Of a stretch of 64,000 nucleotides of DNA, positions 46,250-55,584 are shown one piece after another; within the stretch, counting starts at the first letter, position 1; each line of letters opens with the position of its first letter. The stretch spans positions 64,001 through 128,000 of the forward strand of contig OZ241917.1 in assembly GCA_965203805.1 (NCBI GenBank), given 5' to 3'. This stretch comes from Candidatus Latescibacterota bacterium (GTDB taxonomy: Bacteria; Latescibacterota; UBA2968; GCA-2709665). The notes below the pieces were generated by a model, which worked only from the letters and a program-made list of their open reading frames with translations, ran no database searches and was not told where the DNA came from. Made by a program: the position numbers and the translations under genes.

Positions 46250-47839
46250 GTGATGAATAACGCGAGTTCGGACGTACTCGGGGAGCGGGCGGGCCGACGC
46301 AAGCTGCCCATCGGTATTCAGACCTTTCGCAGAATTCGGGAGGAGAACTTCTATTACGTCGACAAAACAGCATACATTCGACGAATGGTGGACGAAGGCA
46401 CGCACTATTTCCTGTCACGGCCACGTCGTTTTGGCAAAAGCCTCTTTCTGGATACGTTGAAGGAACTGTTTGAAGGTAACGAGGCGCTGTTCGAAGGACT
46501 CGACGTCCACGATTATTGGGATTGGTCCGTTACCTATCCCGTGATAAGGCTGAGCTTTGGCAGCGGCAACTTCAAAGAGCCGGGCTACCTGCATACGAAC
46601 CTCATGGCGCAGCTGGACGCTGTCGAACGCCGGGCCGGTCTCGCACGGGAGTACGCGACCGGCCCGGAACGGTTCAGCCGTCTCGCCGAAGCGCTGCACG
46701 ATCGTGCCGGACAGCCCGTGGCCATATTGGTCGATGAATACGACAAGCCGATTCTGGACGCGCTTGAGGCGCCGGAGGTCGCGCGCGCCAACCGAGACTA
46801 CCTGCGTGGCCTGTACACGTCGATCAAGGACAGCGACGCTTACGTCAAGTTCACCTTCCTCGCCGGCGTCAGCAAGTTCACAAAGGTAAGCCTGTTCTCC
46901 GGCCTGAATAATCTCAGGGACATTACCCTGGATGCCCGCTATTCGGCCGTATGCGGCTATTCGGAGGCAGATCTGGACTCCGTGTTTGCGCCGGAACTGC
47001 CGGGGCTGGAACGGGAAACGGTGCGCGACTGGTACAACGGTTACAGCTGGCTGGGTGACGAAAGAGTCTATAACCCTTTCGATATTCTCATGCTCTTCGA
47101 CAAGCGCCGATACGACGCGTATTGGTTCGAGACGGGGACGCCGACGTTCCTGGTCGAGACCTTGTTCAATCGCCGCGTCAGCTCGCTGGAACTCGACGAG
47201 ATGGTGGGCAGCAGCGACCTGCTTTCGACCTTCGACGTGGACGAAATGGCAACCGAGGCCCTGCTGTTCCAGACCGGCTACCTGACCGTTACGGACGAAG
47301 AGAACCTGGGTGGTGAACCGCTTTACCTGCTGGGTTATCCCAACCGGGAGGTGCGCCAGAGTCTCAACCGAAGTCTCCTTCGGTACCTGGTCAAGAACCC
47401 GTCCCGCCAGATGGCAAACAGCGTCCAACTGTACCGGCTGCTTGAGGCGAATGACTTCGAGGGGCTGAAGACGTTGTTCCACGCTTTCTTCGCCAGTATT
47501 CCCTACGAGTGGTACACCAAAAACGACGTTGCTGATTACGAGGGTTACTACGCGAGCGTTTTCTATTCCTATTTCGCGGCATCGGGCCTTGACGTCAAGG
47601 TAGAGGACAGCAGCAGCCACGGCCGTCTCGACATGGCGGTATTATTCAACGGCAACGTGTACCTGTTCGAATTCAAAGTCGTGGAGATGGCGCCCGAAGG
47701 CGCGGCGATGGCGCAATTGGAGGCGCGGCGTTACGCCGACAAGTACCGCTCCCGATCCGAGCCCATTCACCTGATTGCGGTTGAGTTCAGCCGGGAGACC
47801 CGAAACATCGCGGCGTTCGACGTGGCGAGCGTGCCGTAG
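46250..47839 (+). CDS. AAA-ATPase-like protein with C-terminal PD-(D/E)XK nuclease domain
   Basis: LPIGIQTF, YVDKT, SRPRRFGKS, LVDEYDKP, YNPF, YWFETGTP, GRLDM..FEFK. Confidence 0.92.
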   Translation: MMNNASSDVLGERAGRRKLPIGIQTFRRIREENFYYVDKTAYIRRMVDEGTHYFLSRPRRFGKSLFLDTLKELFEGNEALFEGLDVHDYWDWSVTYPVIRLSFGSGNFKEPGYLHTNLMAQLDAVERRAGLAREYATGPERFSRLAEALHDRAGQPVAILVDEYDKPILDALEAPEVARANRDYLRGLYTSIKDSDAYVKFTFLAGVSKFTKVSLFSGLNNLRDITLDARYSAVCGYSEADLDSVFAPELPGLERETVRDWYNGYSWLGDERVYNPFDILMLFDKRRYDAYWFETGTPTFLVETLFNRRVSSLELDEMVGSSDLLSTFDVDEMATEALLFQTGYLTVTDEENLGGEPLYLLGYPNREVRQSLNRSLLRYLVKNPSRQMANSVQLYRLLEANDFEGLKTLFHAFFASIPYEWYTKNDVADYEGYYASVFYSYFAASGLDVKVEDSSSHGRLDMAVLFNGNVYLFEFKVVEMAPEGAAMAQLEARRYADKYRSRSEPIHLIAVEFSRETRNIAAFDVASVP

Positions 47840-48035
47840 CAGCCCGTTGTTGGAGTTGCTCTGCATGCGAGGCCGAGCCATTGTGACCGAAGACAAGGTG
47901 CGCGCCCGAGCCGCTGGCGGAGCCTGCTGGGGAGACAGGGGTGAATTGTGTGTCGAAGGGCCCCGGCGCATGCGGTATCTCGAGAATCAAGCACGTGAAG
48001 AGACTCGTATCACGAGTCGATGAGGCGGATACGCT

Positions 48036-49235
48036 ATGCCGAGTGACCGAAAACTGAGAATCGCCCAGGTGGGTTGCGGCAGCCGGGGCCGGGCCGTACG
48101 GCTTCGCGCGATCCTAATGATGTCGGACGTGTTCGAGCTGGCCGCGGTATGTGACGTGGATGCGGACAAGGCGAAGGCGGTCGGCGCCGAATACGGTGTC
48201 CCAGGCTATTCCCGGGTCCAGGACCTGGCGGCGAATGAGGCGCTGGACATCGCGGCGGTTAGCACACCCGGCGATTCGCACCACGCGATCGGCGCGTATC
48301 TGGCCGAGCGGGGCGTGAATCTCATCGTGGAGACGCCGATTTCACCCGCGCTGCAGACTGCGGACGTGCTCATACGGGCGGTCGAAAGCGGCGGGGTGAA
48401 GCTGGAGGTGGCCGAGCAGTTCTGCCGCGAACCCATGCATCTGATGAAACGCATGGCGATCGAGGCCGGGTTCATTGGGGATGTACTGAGGGTATTCTCC
48501 CTGTTTCAGACGGGAGGCTATCATATCGTGAGCAATGTACGCTCGATGGTGTGCGATTCGGAGGCCGTGCGGGTCACCGGCCTTACGATGGATTCGCCGA
48601 TTCCCAGGGTAAATATCAGCGAGATCCGGCAGTATGAATCGGAAGCCTGGACGATGGACCTGATCGAGTTCGCGAACGGGGCGTTGGCCGTCATGTCCTA
48701 TTCATCCATGTATCACGGCCGGGCGCTCGGACGAAAGAGCAAGACGTTGTTCCAGGTGGACGGTACCACAGGGACCATTGTGGAAGACGACCTGCATTGG
48801 ACCACCGAAGCTCAGCGCCTGAGCGGCGGGCGAGCCACCGTCTGTCCGGTCAGGACGGAAACACGGGAAATGGACGGGATGCAGGTGCTGGACCGGATGG
48901 TGGTCGATACCGACCCTCCTCTGGTCTGGGAGAATCCCTGGCCCCAATACAGGACGTCTCCGCGCGGGCTGGCGATCGTGGAAGAGATGGACAGTATCGC
49001 AAGGGCGGTGCTGGACGACGTGCCAACGCGATACGACGGGCGCCGCGCCCGGAAGGACATCGAGATCGAACTGGCGGTGGCGGAGTCCGGCCGACTTGGG
49101 CGCAGACCGGTGGACCTCCCGCTCCGGCAAACCACGGCGCGGGAGACGAGGTTTCTGGAGAATTTCGCGCGGGAATACGCCTGCGATCCCTTCGACGTGG
49201 AAGCGTGCGTCGACATATTCTTTCCGAAGAGGTAA
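48036..49235 (+). CDS. Gfo/Idh/MocA family oxidoreductase
   Basis: QVGCGSRG Rossmann motif, AVCDVD, STPGDSH, VETPI. Confidence 0.85.
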   Translation: MPSDRKLRIAQVGCGSRGRAVRLRAILMMSDVFELAAVCDVDADKAKAVGAEYGVPGYSRVQDLAANEALDIAAVSTPGDSHHAIGAYLAERGVNLIVETPISPALQTADVLIRAVESGGVKLEVAEQFCREPMHLMKRMAIEAGFIGDVLRVFSLFQTGGYHIVSNVRSMVCDSEAVRVTGLTMDSPIPRVNISEIRQYESEAWTMDLIEFANGALAVMSYSSMYHGRALGRKSKTLFQVDGTTGTIVEDDLHWTTEAQRLSGGRATVCPVRTETREMDGMQVLDRMVVDTDPPLVWENPWPQYRTSPRGLAIVEEMDSIARAVLDDVPTRYDGRRARKDIEIELAVAESGRLGRRPVDLPLRQTTARETRFLENFAREYACDPFDVEACVDIFFPKR

Positions 49236-49275
49236 TGGAATTCGGCCGGATACGCGAGACCGGGAGAAATCGGAC

Positions 49276-50337
49276 ATGGGGAAGGGTCGCACGTTCGAAT
49301 CCGAGGTAAGCGCGCTGCGTGACAGCAGGACCGGCGCGACCATCCGTCAGATGACGGATCATCCCTCCATCAATCACAATCTGTACTTTTCGAACCCGTC
49401 GTGGACGCCGGACGGAAACACCATCGTGTTTACCTCGTACCGCTCGGGGAAGCCCGATCTCTTCAAGATGGACGAGGCCAGCGGTTCGATGACGCAGCTG
49501 ACCGATACTGAAGGGTTCGGGGGATTCGCCGCCTGCCCGTCGAGAGACGGAAGCAGGGTGTTCTACAATGCACGCGGACAGGTACGCGCGGTGGACCTCG
49601 CCTCACTGAAGGAATCGGTCCTCGCCGACTTCGGAAGCGGCAGCGCGGGTGGGTGCAGTCTTTCGTCGGACGGCGCGCGCCTGGTCACCTCCCTGCAGCG
49701 GGACGGAGCATCCGCGGTGGTCTCCGTGGAAACCGACGGGTCCGGATTCCGCGTCGTTCGTGAACCGCCACGAGCCGTCGGCCATGTTCAGGTCTGCCCG
49801 GCAGACCCGGACCTTATACTGTATTCCAGCGACGTGAATCAGCGCATGTGGGAGGTCAGGATCGACGGCAGCGGCGAACGGGCGCTTTTCGTGCACGACA
49901 AATCGGTGTGGATTACGCACGAGACGTTTCTCGGACACTCCGATAGCGTCATGTTCGTACATTGGCCCTTCGCGCTGAGGGCGATCAGGGTGGGTGCGCA
50001 CGAAGACCGGACCATCGCTTCATTCAATGTCTGGCATCCTTCGCCGCGCCAGGATGGATCCCTCATTGTGTGCGACACCACCTGTCCGGATATCGGACTG
50101 CAACTGATCGATCCGGATACCGGGGCCCACGACACGCTCTGCTATCCGGCCAGCTCCAACGGAGGCGCCCAGTGGGCGGAGACGATCCCCGCGGATGATG
50201 ACAAAACGACGCCTGAAACGTACGGTCCGCAGTGGTCTCATCCTCACCCGTCGTTCAGTCCGGACGGAAAACGGGTGATCTATACCTCTGATCGAACCGG
50301 CACGAGCCAGATTTACGTGGCGGATGTTCCGGATTAG
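49276..50337 (+). CDS. oligogalacturonate lyase-like beta-propeller protein
   Basis: D..TGATIRQMT, HNLYF, GHVQ, QRMW, THE, HPHPSFSPDGK..YTSDRTG; GGAG RBS. Confidence 0.8.
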   Translation: MGKGRTFESEVSALRDSRTGATIRQMTDHPSINHNLYFSNPSWTPDGNTIVFTSYRSGKPDLFKMDEASGSMTQLTDTEGFGGFAACPSRDGSRVFYNARGQVRAVDLASLKESVLADFGSGSAGGCSLSSDGARLVTSLQRDGASAVVSVETDGSGFRVVREPPRAVGHVQVCPADPDLILYSSDVNQRMWEVRIDGSGERALFVHDKSVWITHETFLGHSDSVMFVHWPFALRAIRVGAHEDRTIASFNVWHPSPRQDGSLIVCDTTCPDIGLQLIDPDTGAHDTLCYPASSNGGAQWAETIPADDDKTTPETYGPQWSHPHPSFSPDGKRVIYTSDRTGTSQIYVADVPD

Positions 50338-50528
50338 CCTTAACGCGACAAAATCAGCAGCGCGGCGTCGCGACGAAACCTTTCGAATTGGGCCGAAAAG
50401 GTCGTCCGGAGGGACATTTTTTCCGTTCACGTCCAGTGACCTGAAGGATCATGGAAATCAGCAGTTAAATCGCCTTTATTCACTTGCACATTTTCGAATT
50501 AACGTCCCCGAATAATGACGAATCAAGG
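50338..50528 (+). mobile_element. MITE-like dispersed repeat (191 bp)
   Basis: Near-identical to 40206-40398; begins right after the TAG stop of the ogl-like gene; flanks TTAG and TTAA. Confidence 0.82.
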
Positions 50529-50571
50529 TTAATGCTCACCGTACGGCGTAGCCAAATATCGGAGTGACACC

Positions 50572-50946
50572 ATGCCGGCGCCCGGCGAGTGGGCAATTAC
50601 GGCAACCCGTCCTGTATTGATCGTGTCGGACGTCGACCGCGCACTGGCGTTCTACGGGCGGATCGGCTTCGAACAGGAATTCCGCAACGACGTTGTATAC
50701 GCCGTGGTTCGCATGGGCGCGTTCTCCGTCCATCTCGGTACCAGAATGGATCCGGTCGGCCAGGGGGTGTCGCAGGCGGTGATCGAAATGCGTGGCGTCG
50801 ACGCCTATTATGCTTTCTGTATCGAGCAGGGGGTGAGGATTCATCGTGAAATACAGGACCGCTTCTACGGCTTGCGGGATTTTCAGTTGACCGACCCGGA
50901 CGGCAACGTCATTACCTTCGGAGAGCGCGTGCCTTCGGGGGGATGA
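50572..50946 (+). CDS. VOC/glyoxalase/bleomycin-resistance family protein
   Basis: PVLIVSDVDRALAFY, YGLRDFQLTDPDGNVITF. Confidence 0.9.
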   Translation: MPAPGEWAITATRPVLIVSDVDRALAFYGRIGFEQEFRNDVVYAVVRMGAFSVHLGTRMDPVGQGVSQAVIEMRGVDAYYAFCIEQGVRIHREIQDRFYGLRDFQLTDPDGNVITFGERVPSGG

Positions 50947-51021
50947 GGCCGGTGGGTGTGAACTGCATGAGAGCGCCTGCGGCGCCGGTGTCGCGTTAGT
51001 GCCGTTTGAACCAGAAAATGC

Positions 51022-51050
51022 TTGACTCCGTGTGTGCAAACCGTTAGATT
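51022..51050 (+). promoter_or_regulatory. sigma70-type promoter
   Basis: TTGACT-17 bp-TAGATT upstream of the TPR/MoxR operon. Confidence 0.5.
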
Positions 51051-51262
51051 TTCGTGCCGCCTTGCGTCGGATTATCCTCAATAAAATAAAGAAGATATAG
51101 ATTTCCGTACCATCTGGTGACCAGGATTCGCGCGGCGCGTTCGAGCGCTTCCGAAGGACGCCGTCCCGAAACCCGGTCACTGAATCTGAACCGGGCATTG
51201 AAAATCACGGAACCGGGACTCGGTTGAAGTGTATTTCTATTAATAAGGAGAGGACATCCAGA

Positions 51263-51748
51263 ATGATCCGGTGGACATGGGTTCTGGGCATCGCGCTTCT
51301 CGTCGGATGCGGCCGCGAATCCGCGGATGAGCTTTTCGCAAAAGGGGAAGCGGCAACTCACAAAGAGGCGACCTATCCGGAGGCAGAGGCGTATCTCAAG
51401 AAATTCCTGGACTACTATCCTGACGATCCGAGGGCGGACCTGGTCCTGCACGCGCTGGCTCGCGTGCTGCTGAATCGACACAAATTCGACGAGGCAATCG
51501 GATCCTACGAGACGCTGGTATCGCGATTCCCGGAGAGCCGATACGCTGACCAGGCGCAGTTCATGATCGGGTACGCCTACGATCTCCAGGGGAAATATCA
51601 ACAAGCCCGAGAGGCTTATCAGAAAGTTATCGAGTTGTTCCCGAAGTCGGAATTGTTCGACGATGCCGCTGTTTCCATCAGGAATCTGGGGAAGCCGCCC
51701 GAAGAGTGGTTTCCCGTCGATTCGACCTCCGCCACAAGCGTAAACTGA
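51263..51748 (+). CDS. TPR lipoprotein (BamD/CpoB-like repeats)
   Basis: Lipobox LVGC; TPR repeats YP.DPRAD, FPESRYADQAQFMIG; AAGGAGAGG RBS. Confidence 0.85.
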   Translation: MIRWTWVLGIALLVGCGRESADELFAKGEAATHKEATYPEAEAYLKKFLDYYPDDPRADLVLHALARVLLNRHKFDEAIGSYETLVSRFPESRYADQAQFMIGYAYDLQGKYQQAREAYQKVIELFPKSELFDDAAVSIRNLGKPPEEWFPVDSTSATSVN

Positions 51749-51944
51749 ACCGGGAACGGGTATGTGTTTCGACAGAGGCCGGTACAAGATCCCTGTCGAC
51801 GCGTCCCGATCCGACGCGTATCTCCGTTTCAGGCTGTCACCCCGTTCTTGAAGCCATGATTTGTCGACCTTCCACCAGCACAGCGCAGCCGGACGGTATC
51901 GGTGCACAAGGAAACCGTCCGGTGTTCTTTTTTGGGACGCATCG

Positions 51945-52940
51945 ATGATGATCGCCGCCGAAATCCAGCAGCTGAACGATGAAGTGGAACGGGAGAGCGC
52001 TTTCGTCCGGCGCCTCACGGGCGAAATGGGCCGTGTGATCGTGGGCCAGGAGCCCATGGTGGAACGCCTGCTGATCGGGTTGCTGTGCAACGGCCACGTG
52101 TTGCTCGAAGGCGTGCCCGGCCTGGCGAAGACATTAACCGTCACCACGCTTGCAAGCGCTATCCAGGCGTCGTTCAGCCGAATTCAGTTCACTCCCGATC
52201 TGTTGCCCGCGGACCTGATCGGTACGATGATCTACAACCAGGCCACCGGCGAATTTGCACCGAAGAAAGGTCCGGTCTTCGCGCAACTCGTTCTCGCCGA
52301 CGAAGTGAACCGGGCGCCGGCCAAGGTGCAGAGCGCCATGCTCGAGGCGATGCAGGAGCGGCAGGTCACCATCGGCGACCAGACCTTCCGCATGGACGAT
52401 CCGTTTCTGGTGCTGGCCACACAGAATCCAATCGAACAGGAGGGAACCTATCCGCTGCCGGAGGCACAGGTGGACCGGTTCATGATGAAAGTTCGCGTCA
52501 CCTACCCGCGGAGGGAAGAGGAGCGGGCGATTATCGACCGGATGGAGGGCGGGGAAGCCCCGGCCGCAAACCCCGTGGTCCGGCCCGAAGATATCATTCG
52601 CGCGCGAGGGGTGGTAAACCGTGTGTACGTCGACGACAAGATCAAGGACTACATCGTGAACCTTATGCTGGCAACCCGCGATCCGGCGGCATTCGGGATT
52701 CAGGATCTCAATGCGCTGATCGAATACGGGTGTTCGCCGCGGGGCTCTATTTTCCTGACGCGCGCGGCCAAGGCCCACGCCTTTCTGCGGCGGAGGGGCT
52801 ACGTGACGCCGGAAGACGTAAAGGCCGTGGGCGTGGACGTTCTTCGTCACCGGGTGATCGTAACCTACGAAGCGGAAGCCGAAGAGGTCGATTCGGAGGA
52901 AATCGTCCGTCGGATTTTCGATCATGTCGAGGTACCCTGA
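51945..52940 (+). CDS. moxR: MoxR family AAA+ ATPase
   Basis: HVLLEGVPGLAKT, RIQFTPDLLPAD, DEVNRAPAKVQSA, ATQNPIEQEGTYPLPEAQVDRF. Confidence 0.96.
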   Translation: MMIAAEIQQLNDEVERESAFVRRLTGEMGRVIVGQEPMVERLLIGLLCNGHVLLEGVPGLAKTLTVTTLASAIQASFSRIQFTPDLLPADLIGTMIYNQATGEFAPKKGPVFAQLVLADEVNRAPAKVQSAMLEAMQERQVTIGDQTFRMDDPFLVLATQNPIEQEGTYPLPEAQVDRFMMKVRVTYPRREEERAIIDRMEGGEAPAANPVVRPEDIIRARGVVNRVYVDDKIKDYIVNLMLATRDPAAFGIQDLNALIEYGCSPRGSIFLTRAAKAHAFLRRRGYVTPEDVKAVGVDVLRHRVIVTYEAEAEEVDSEEIVRRIFDHVEVP

Positions 52941-52944
52941 CACG

Positions 52945-53826
52945 ATGATTCCCGCCGAGATACTCAGGAAGGTGAGGCGCATCGAACTGCGCACGAGGCA
53001 TCTGGTCGACACGGTGTTCTCGGGAGAATACCATTCCGTCTTCAAAGGGCAGGGCATGGCGTTTGCCGAAGTGCGTGAATACCAGGTGGGAGACGATATC
53101 CGATCGATAGACTGGAACGTCACCGCCCGGATGGGACATCCCTTCGTCAAGGTGTACGATGAAGAACGCGAACTGACGGTGATGTTGATGGTAGACGCCA
53201 GCGCGTCCGGTGATTTCGGGACGGTCTCGCAGATGAAGGGCGAAATCGGCGTCGAGATCTGCGCCTTGCTGGCGTTTTCGGCAATACAGAACAACGATCG
53301 GGTGGGGCTGATTATCTTCACGGACGACGTAGAGGCGTTTATACCGCCCAAAAAGGGCAGAAAGCACGTGTTGCGGGTAATTCGGGAACTGCTGTACTTC
53401 CGGCCCAGCCGGCGGGGAACGGACATCGGTGCGGCCCTGGACACCCTCAACCGGATCAACAAACGGAAGAGCGTGGTGTTTCTTGTGTCCGATTTTCTGG
53501 CTTCCGGTTACGAAGCGGCGCTCCGGGTGTCGTGCAGACGGCATGATCTGATCGCGGTCGTGCTTCAGGATCCGCGGGAACGTGAATTGCCCGACGTCGG
53601 CCTCGTCGAAGTGGAGGACGCGGAAACCGGCAGGGAGATGCTGGTGGATACCTCCGACCGGGAGTTTCGGTATCTTTTCAGGCAGCTGAACGACAAGGCG
53701 GAGGAGCGGCGGGATCAGCTGTTCCGTTCCGTTGGTCTCGACCGCGTGGACATTCATACGGAAGCGTCCTACGCGGATGCGTTGATGCGGTTCTTCCGGA
53801 AACGGGCGCAGCAGATCGCGGCATAG
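52945..53826 (+). CDS. DUF58 (VWA-like) protein
   Basis: GEYHSVFKGQG, EVREYQVGDDIRSIDWNVTAR, EERE, DASAS, VSDF. Confidence 0.95.
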   Translation: MIPAEILRKVRRIELRTRHLVDTVFSGEYHSVFKGQGMAFAEVREYQVGDDIRSIDWNVTARMGHPFVKVYDEERELTVMLMVDASASGDFGTVSQMKGEIGVEICALLAFSAIQNNDRVGLIIFTDDVEAFIPPKKGRKHVLRVIRELLYFRPSRRGTDIGAALDTLNRINKRKSVVFLVSDFLASGYEAALRVSCRRHDLIAVVLQDPRERELPDVGLVEVEDAETGREMLVDTSDREFRYLFRQLNDKAEERRDQLFRSVGLDRVDIHTEASYADALMRFFRKRAQQIAA

Positions 53827-53869
53827 CTGTCCGGATGGGCTATTTCAGCGGGCTGATCGGGAGGCGCGT

Positions 53870-54805
53870 GTGATCGAGGTTGATCATCTGACCAAACAAT
53901 ATGGATCGCTGGTAGCGGTCAAGGACCTCACCTTCAGCGTGGAAAAGGGAGAGGTCGTCGGATTTCTCGGACCGAACGGCGCGGGCAAGACCACCACCAT
54001 GCGCATCCTGACGTGTTTTCAGCCGGCCACGCTGGGCACCGCCCGGGTGGCCGGCTTCGACGTATTCCACGAACCGATGGAGGTCAAGAGGCGAATCGGG
54101 TACCTGCCGGAACACCCGCCGCTATACAGGGACATGTACGTGAGGTCGTACCTGGATTTCGTGGCGCAGATCAAGCGGGTGCCGTCGCGGCATCGCGGGT
54201 CCCGGGTGGACGACGCGATGGAACGATGCGGGATCACGGACCGGGCGAAGCAACTCATCGGCCAACTCTCCAAGGGATATCGTCAGCGGGTCGGCATCGC
54301 TCAGGCCATCCTGCACGATCCGGACGTCATTATCCTGGATGAACCCACCATCGGGCTGGATCCCAACCAGATCCAGGAGATTCGCCGGGTGATCCGCGGC
54401 CTGGGACGGGAACACACGGTGATTCTGAGCACGCACATTCTGCCCGAGGTCGAAAAGACCTGCGATCGCGTGATCATCATCAACAGGGGTCGGATCGCGG
54501 CCGTGGATACGCCGGAAAACCTGACCGCGGGCGCGTCGGGCAACCGGCGGTATTACGTGGCGGTATCGGGCGACCTGGAAGCTGCCGCCGGCGCCATCCG
54601 GGAGGTTGCGGGCGTGGTGGACGTCAGGAGGGCAGACGACAACCAGGCGTTGGAGATCGAAGCGTCCGGTGAAGCCGACATGCGCCCGTCGATTGCAGCG
54701 ATGCTCGTAGAACGCGGCCTGGGGCTGGTGGAGTTGAGATCGATAACGGCCGGATTGGAGGACATCTTCCGCGAATTGACAAGACACGAGGAGGCAGGCT
54801 CCTGA
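53870..54805 (+). CDS. ABC transporter ATPase (GldA-like)
   Basis: GPNGAGKTT, IGYLPE, LSKGYRQRVG, LDEPTIGLDP, STHIL. Confidence 0.93.
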   Translation: MIEVDHLTKQYGSLVAVKDLTFSVEKGEVVGFLGPNGAGKTTTMRILTCFQPATLGTARVAGFDVFHEPMEVKRRIGYLPEHPPLYRDMYVRSYLDFVAQIKRVPSRHRGSRVDDAMERCGITDRAKQLIGQLSKGYRQRVGIAQAILHDPDVIILDEPTIGLDPNQIQEIRRVIRGLGREHTVILSTHILPEVEKTCDRVIIINRGRIAAVDTPENLTAGASGNRRYYVAVSGDLEAAAGAIREVAGVVDVRRADDNQALEIEASGEADMRPSIAAMLVERGLGLVELRSITAGLEDIFRELTRHEEAGS

Positions 54806-55581
54806 TGGGAAATATCGCCGCGATTTTCTGGAAAGAGATGCGTTCCTATTTCGGCTCGCCGATCGCCTACGTGGTGGCGACCGGTTTCCTGTTGATGATG
54901 GGATATCTCTTCCAGAACGAAGTCGTCGAATTTCGCGCAAAATGCCTGAATTACTCATTTCAGCATCAGGAGCACGGCGTGGATGCGCCAAACGTGAACG
55001 AGGACGTTGTGTTCCACTTCTTCCTCAGCCAGTGCCTCGTCTGGCTGGTGGTGACGCCGATGCTGACGATGCGGCTGTTCGCGGAGGAGAGGGGCTCCGG
55101 GACGATCGAACTTCTGATGACATCGCCCCTGACCACGTGGCAGGTCATTCTCGGTAAATTCGCCGCCTGTCTCGGTCTGTACGTCATTATTGAACTGCTG
55201 CTGCTTTCGCTGATCTTCGTCGTGTCGTTCTACGGCGATCTGAATTGGGGCCGGGTGCTGTCCGCCTGTGTCGCGATACTGCTGCTGGGAGGTTCGTTCA
55301 TCAGTGTGGGCATACTGGCCTCCTCGCTGACCGACAAACAGATTGTCGCGGTCGTCATCGCATTTGTCCTCCTGCTTCTCCTCTTCGTGGTGCGGTATTC
55401 GCCCGAGCTTATTGGACGCGAATGGGCAACCGTTCTCTTCTACCTCTCGTTGATCGATCACACGAGGGATATGGCGCGGGGCGTAATCGACAGCAGCGAC
55501 GTGGTCTTTTTCCTCACCTTTACGTTTTTTTTCCTGTTCCTGACGCACACCGCGCTTGAGTCGCGCCGCTGGAGGCGATAG
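54805..55581 (+). CDS. ABC-2 permease (GldF-like)
   Basis: KEMRSYFGSPIAY, LTMRLFAEERGSGTIELL, LGKF, SSLTDKQ, RGVID. Confidence 0.9.
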   Translation: MGNIAAIFWKEMRSYFGSPIAYVVATGFLLMMGYLFQNEVVEFRAKCLNYSFQHQEHGVDAPNVNEDVVFHFFLSQCLVWLVVTPMLTMRLFAEERGSGTIELLMTSPLTTWQVILGKFAACLGLYVIIELLLLSLIFVVSFYGDLNWGRVLSACVAILLLGGSFISVGILASSLTDKQIVAVVIAFVLLLLLFVVRYSPELIGREWATVLFYLSLIDHTRDMARGVIDSSDVVFFLTFTFFFLFLTHTALESRRWRR

Positions 55582-55584
55582 ACA

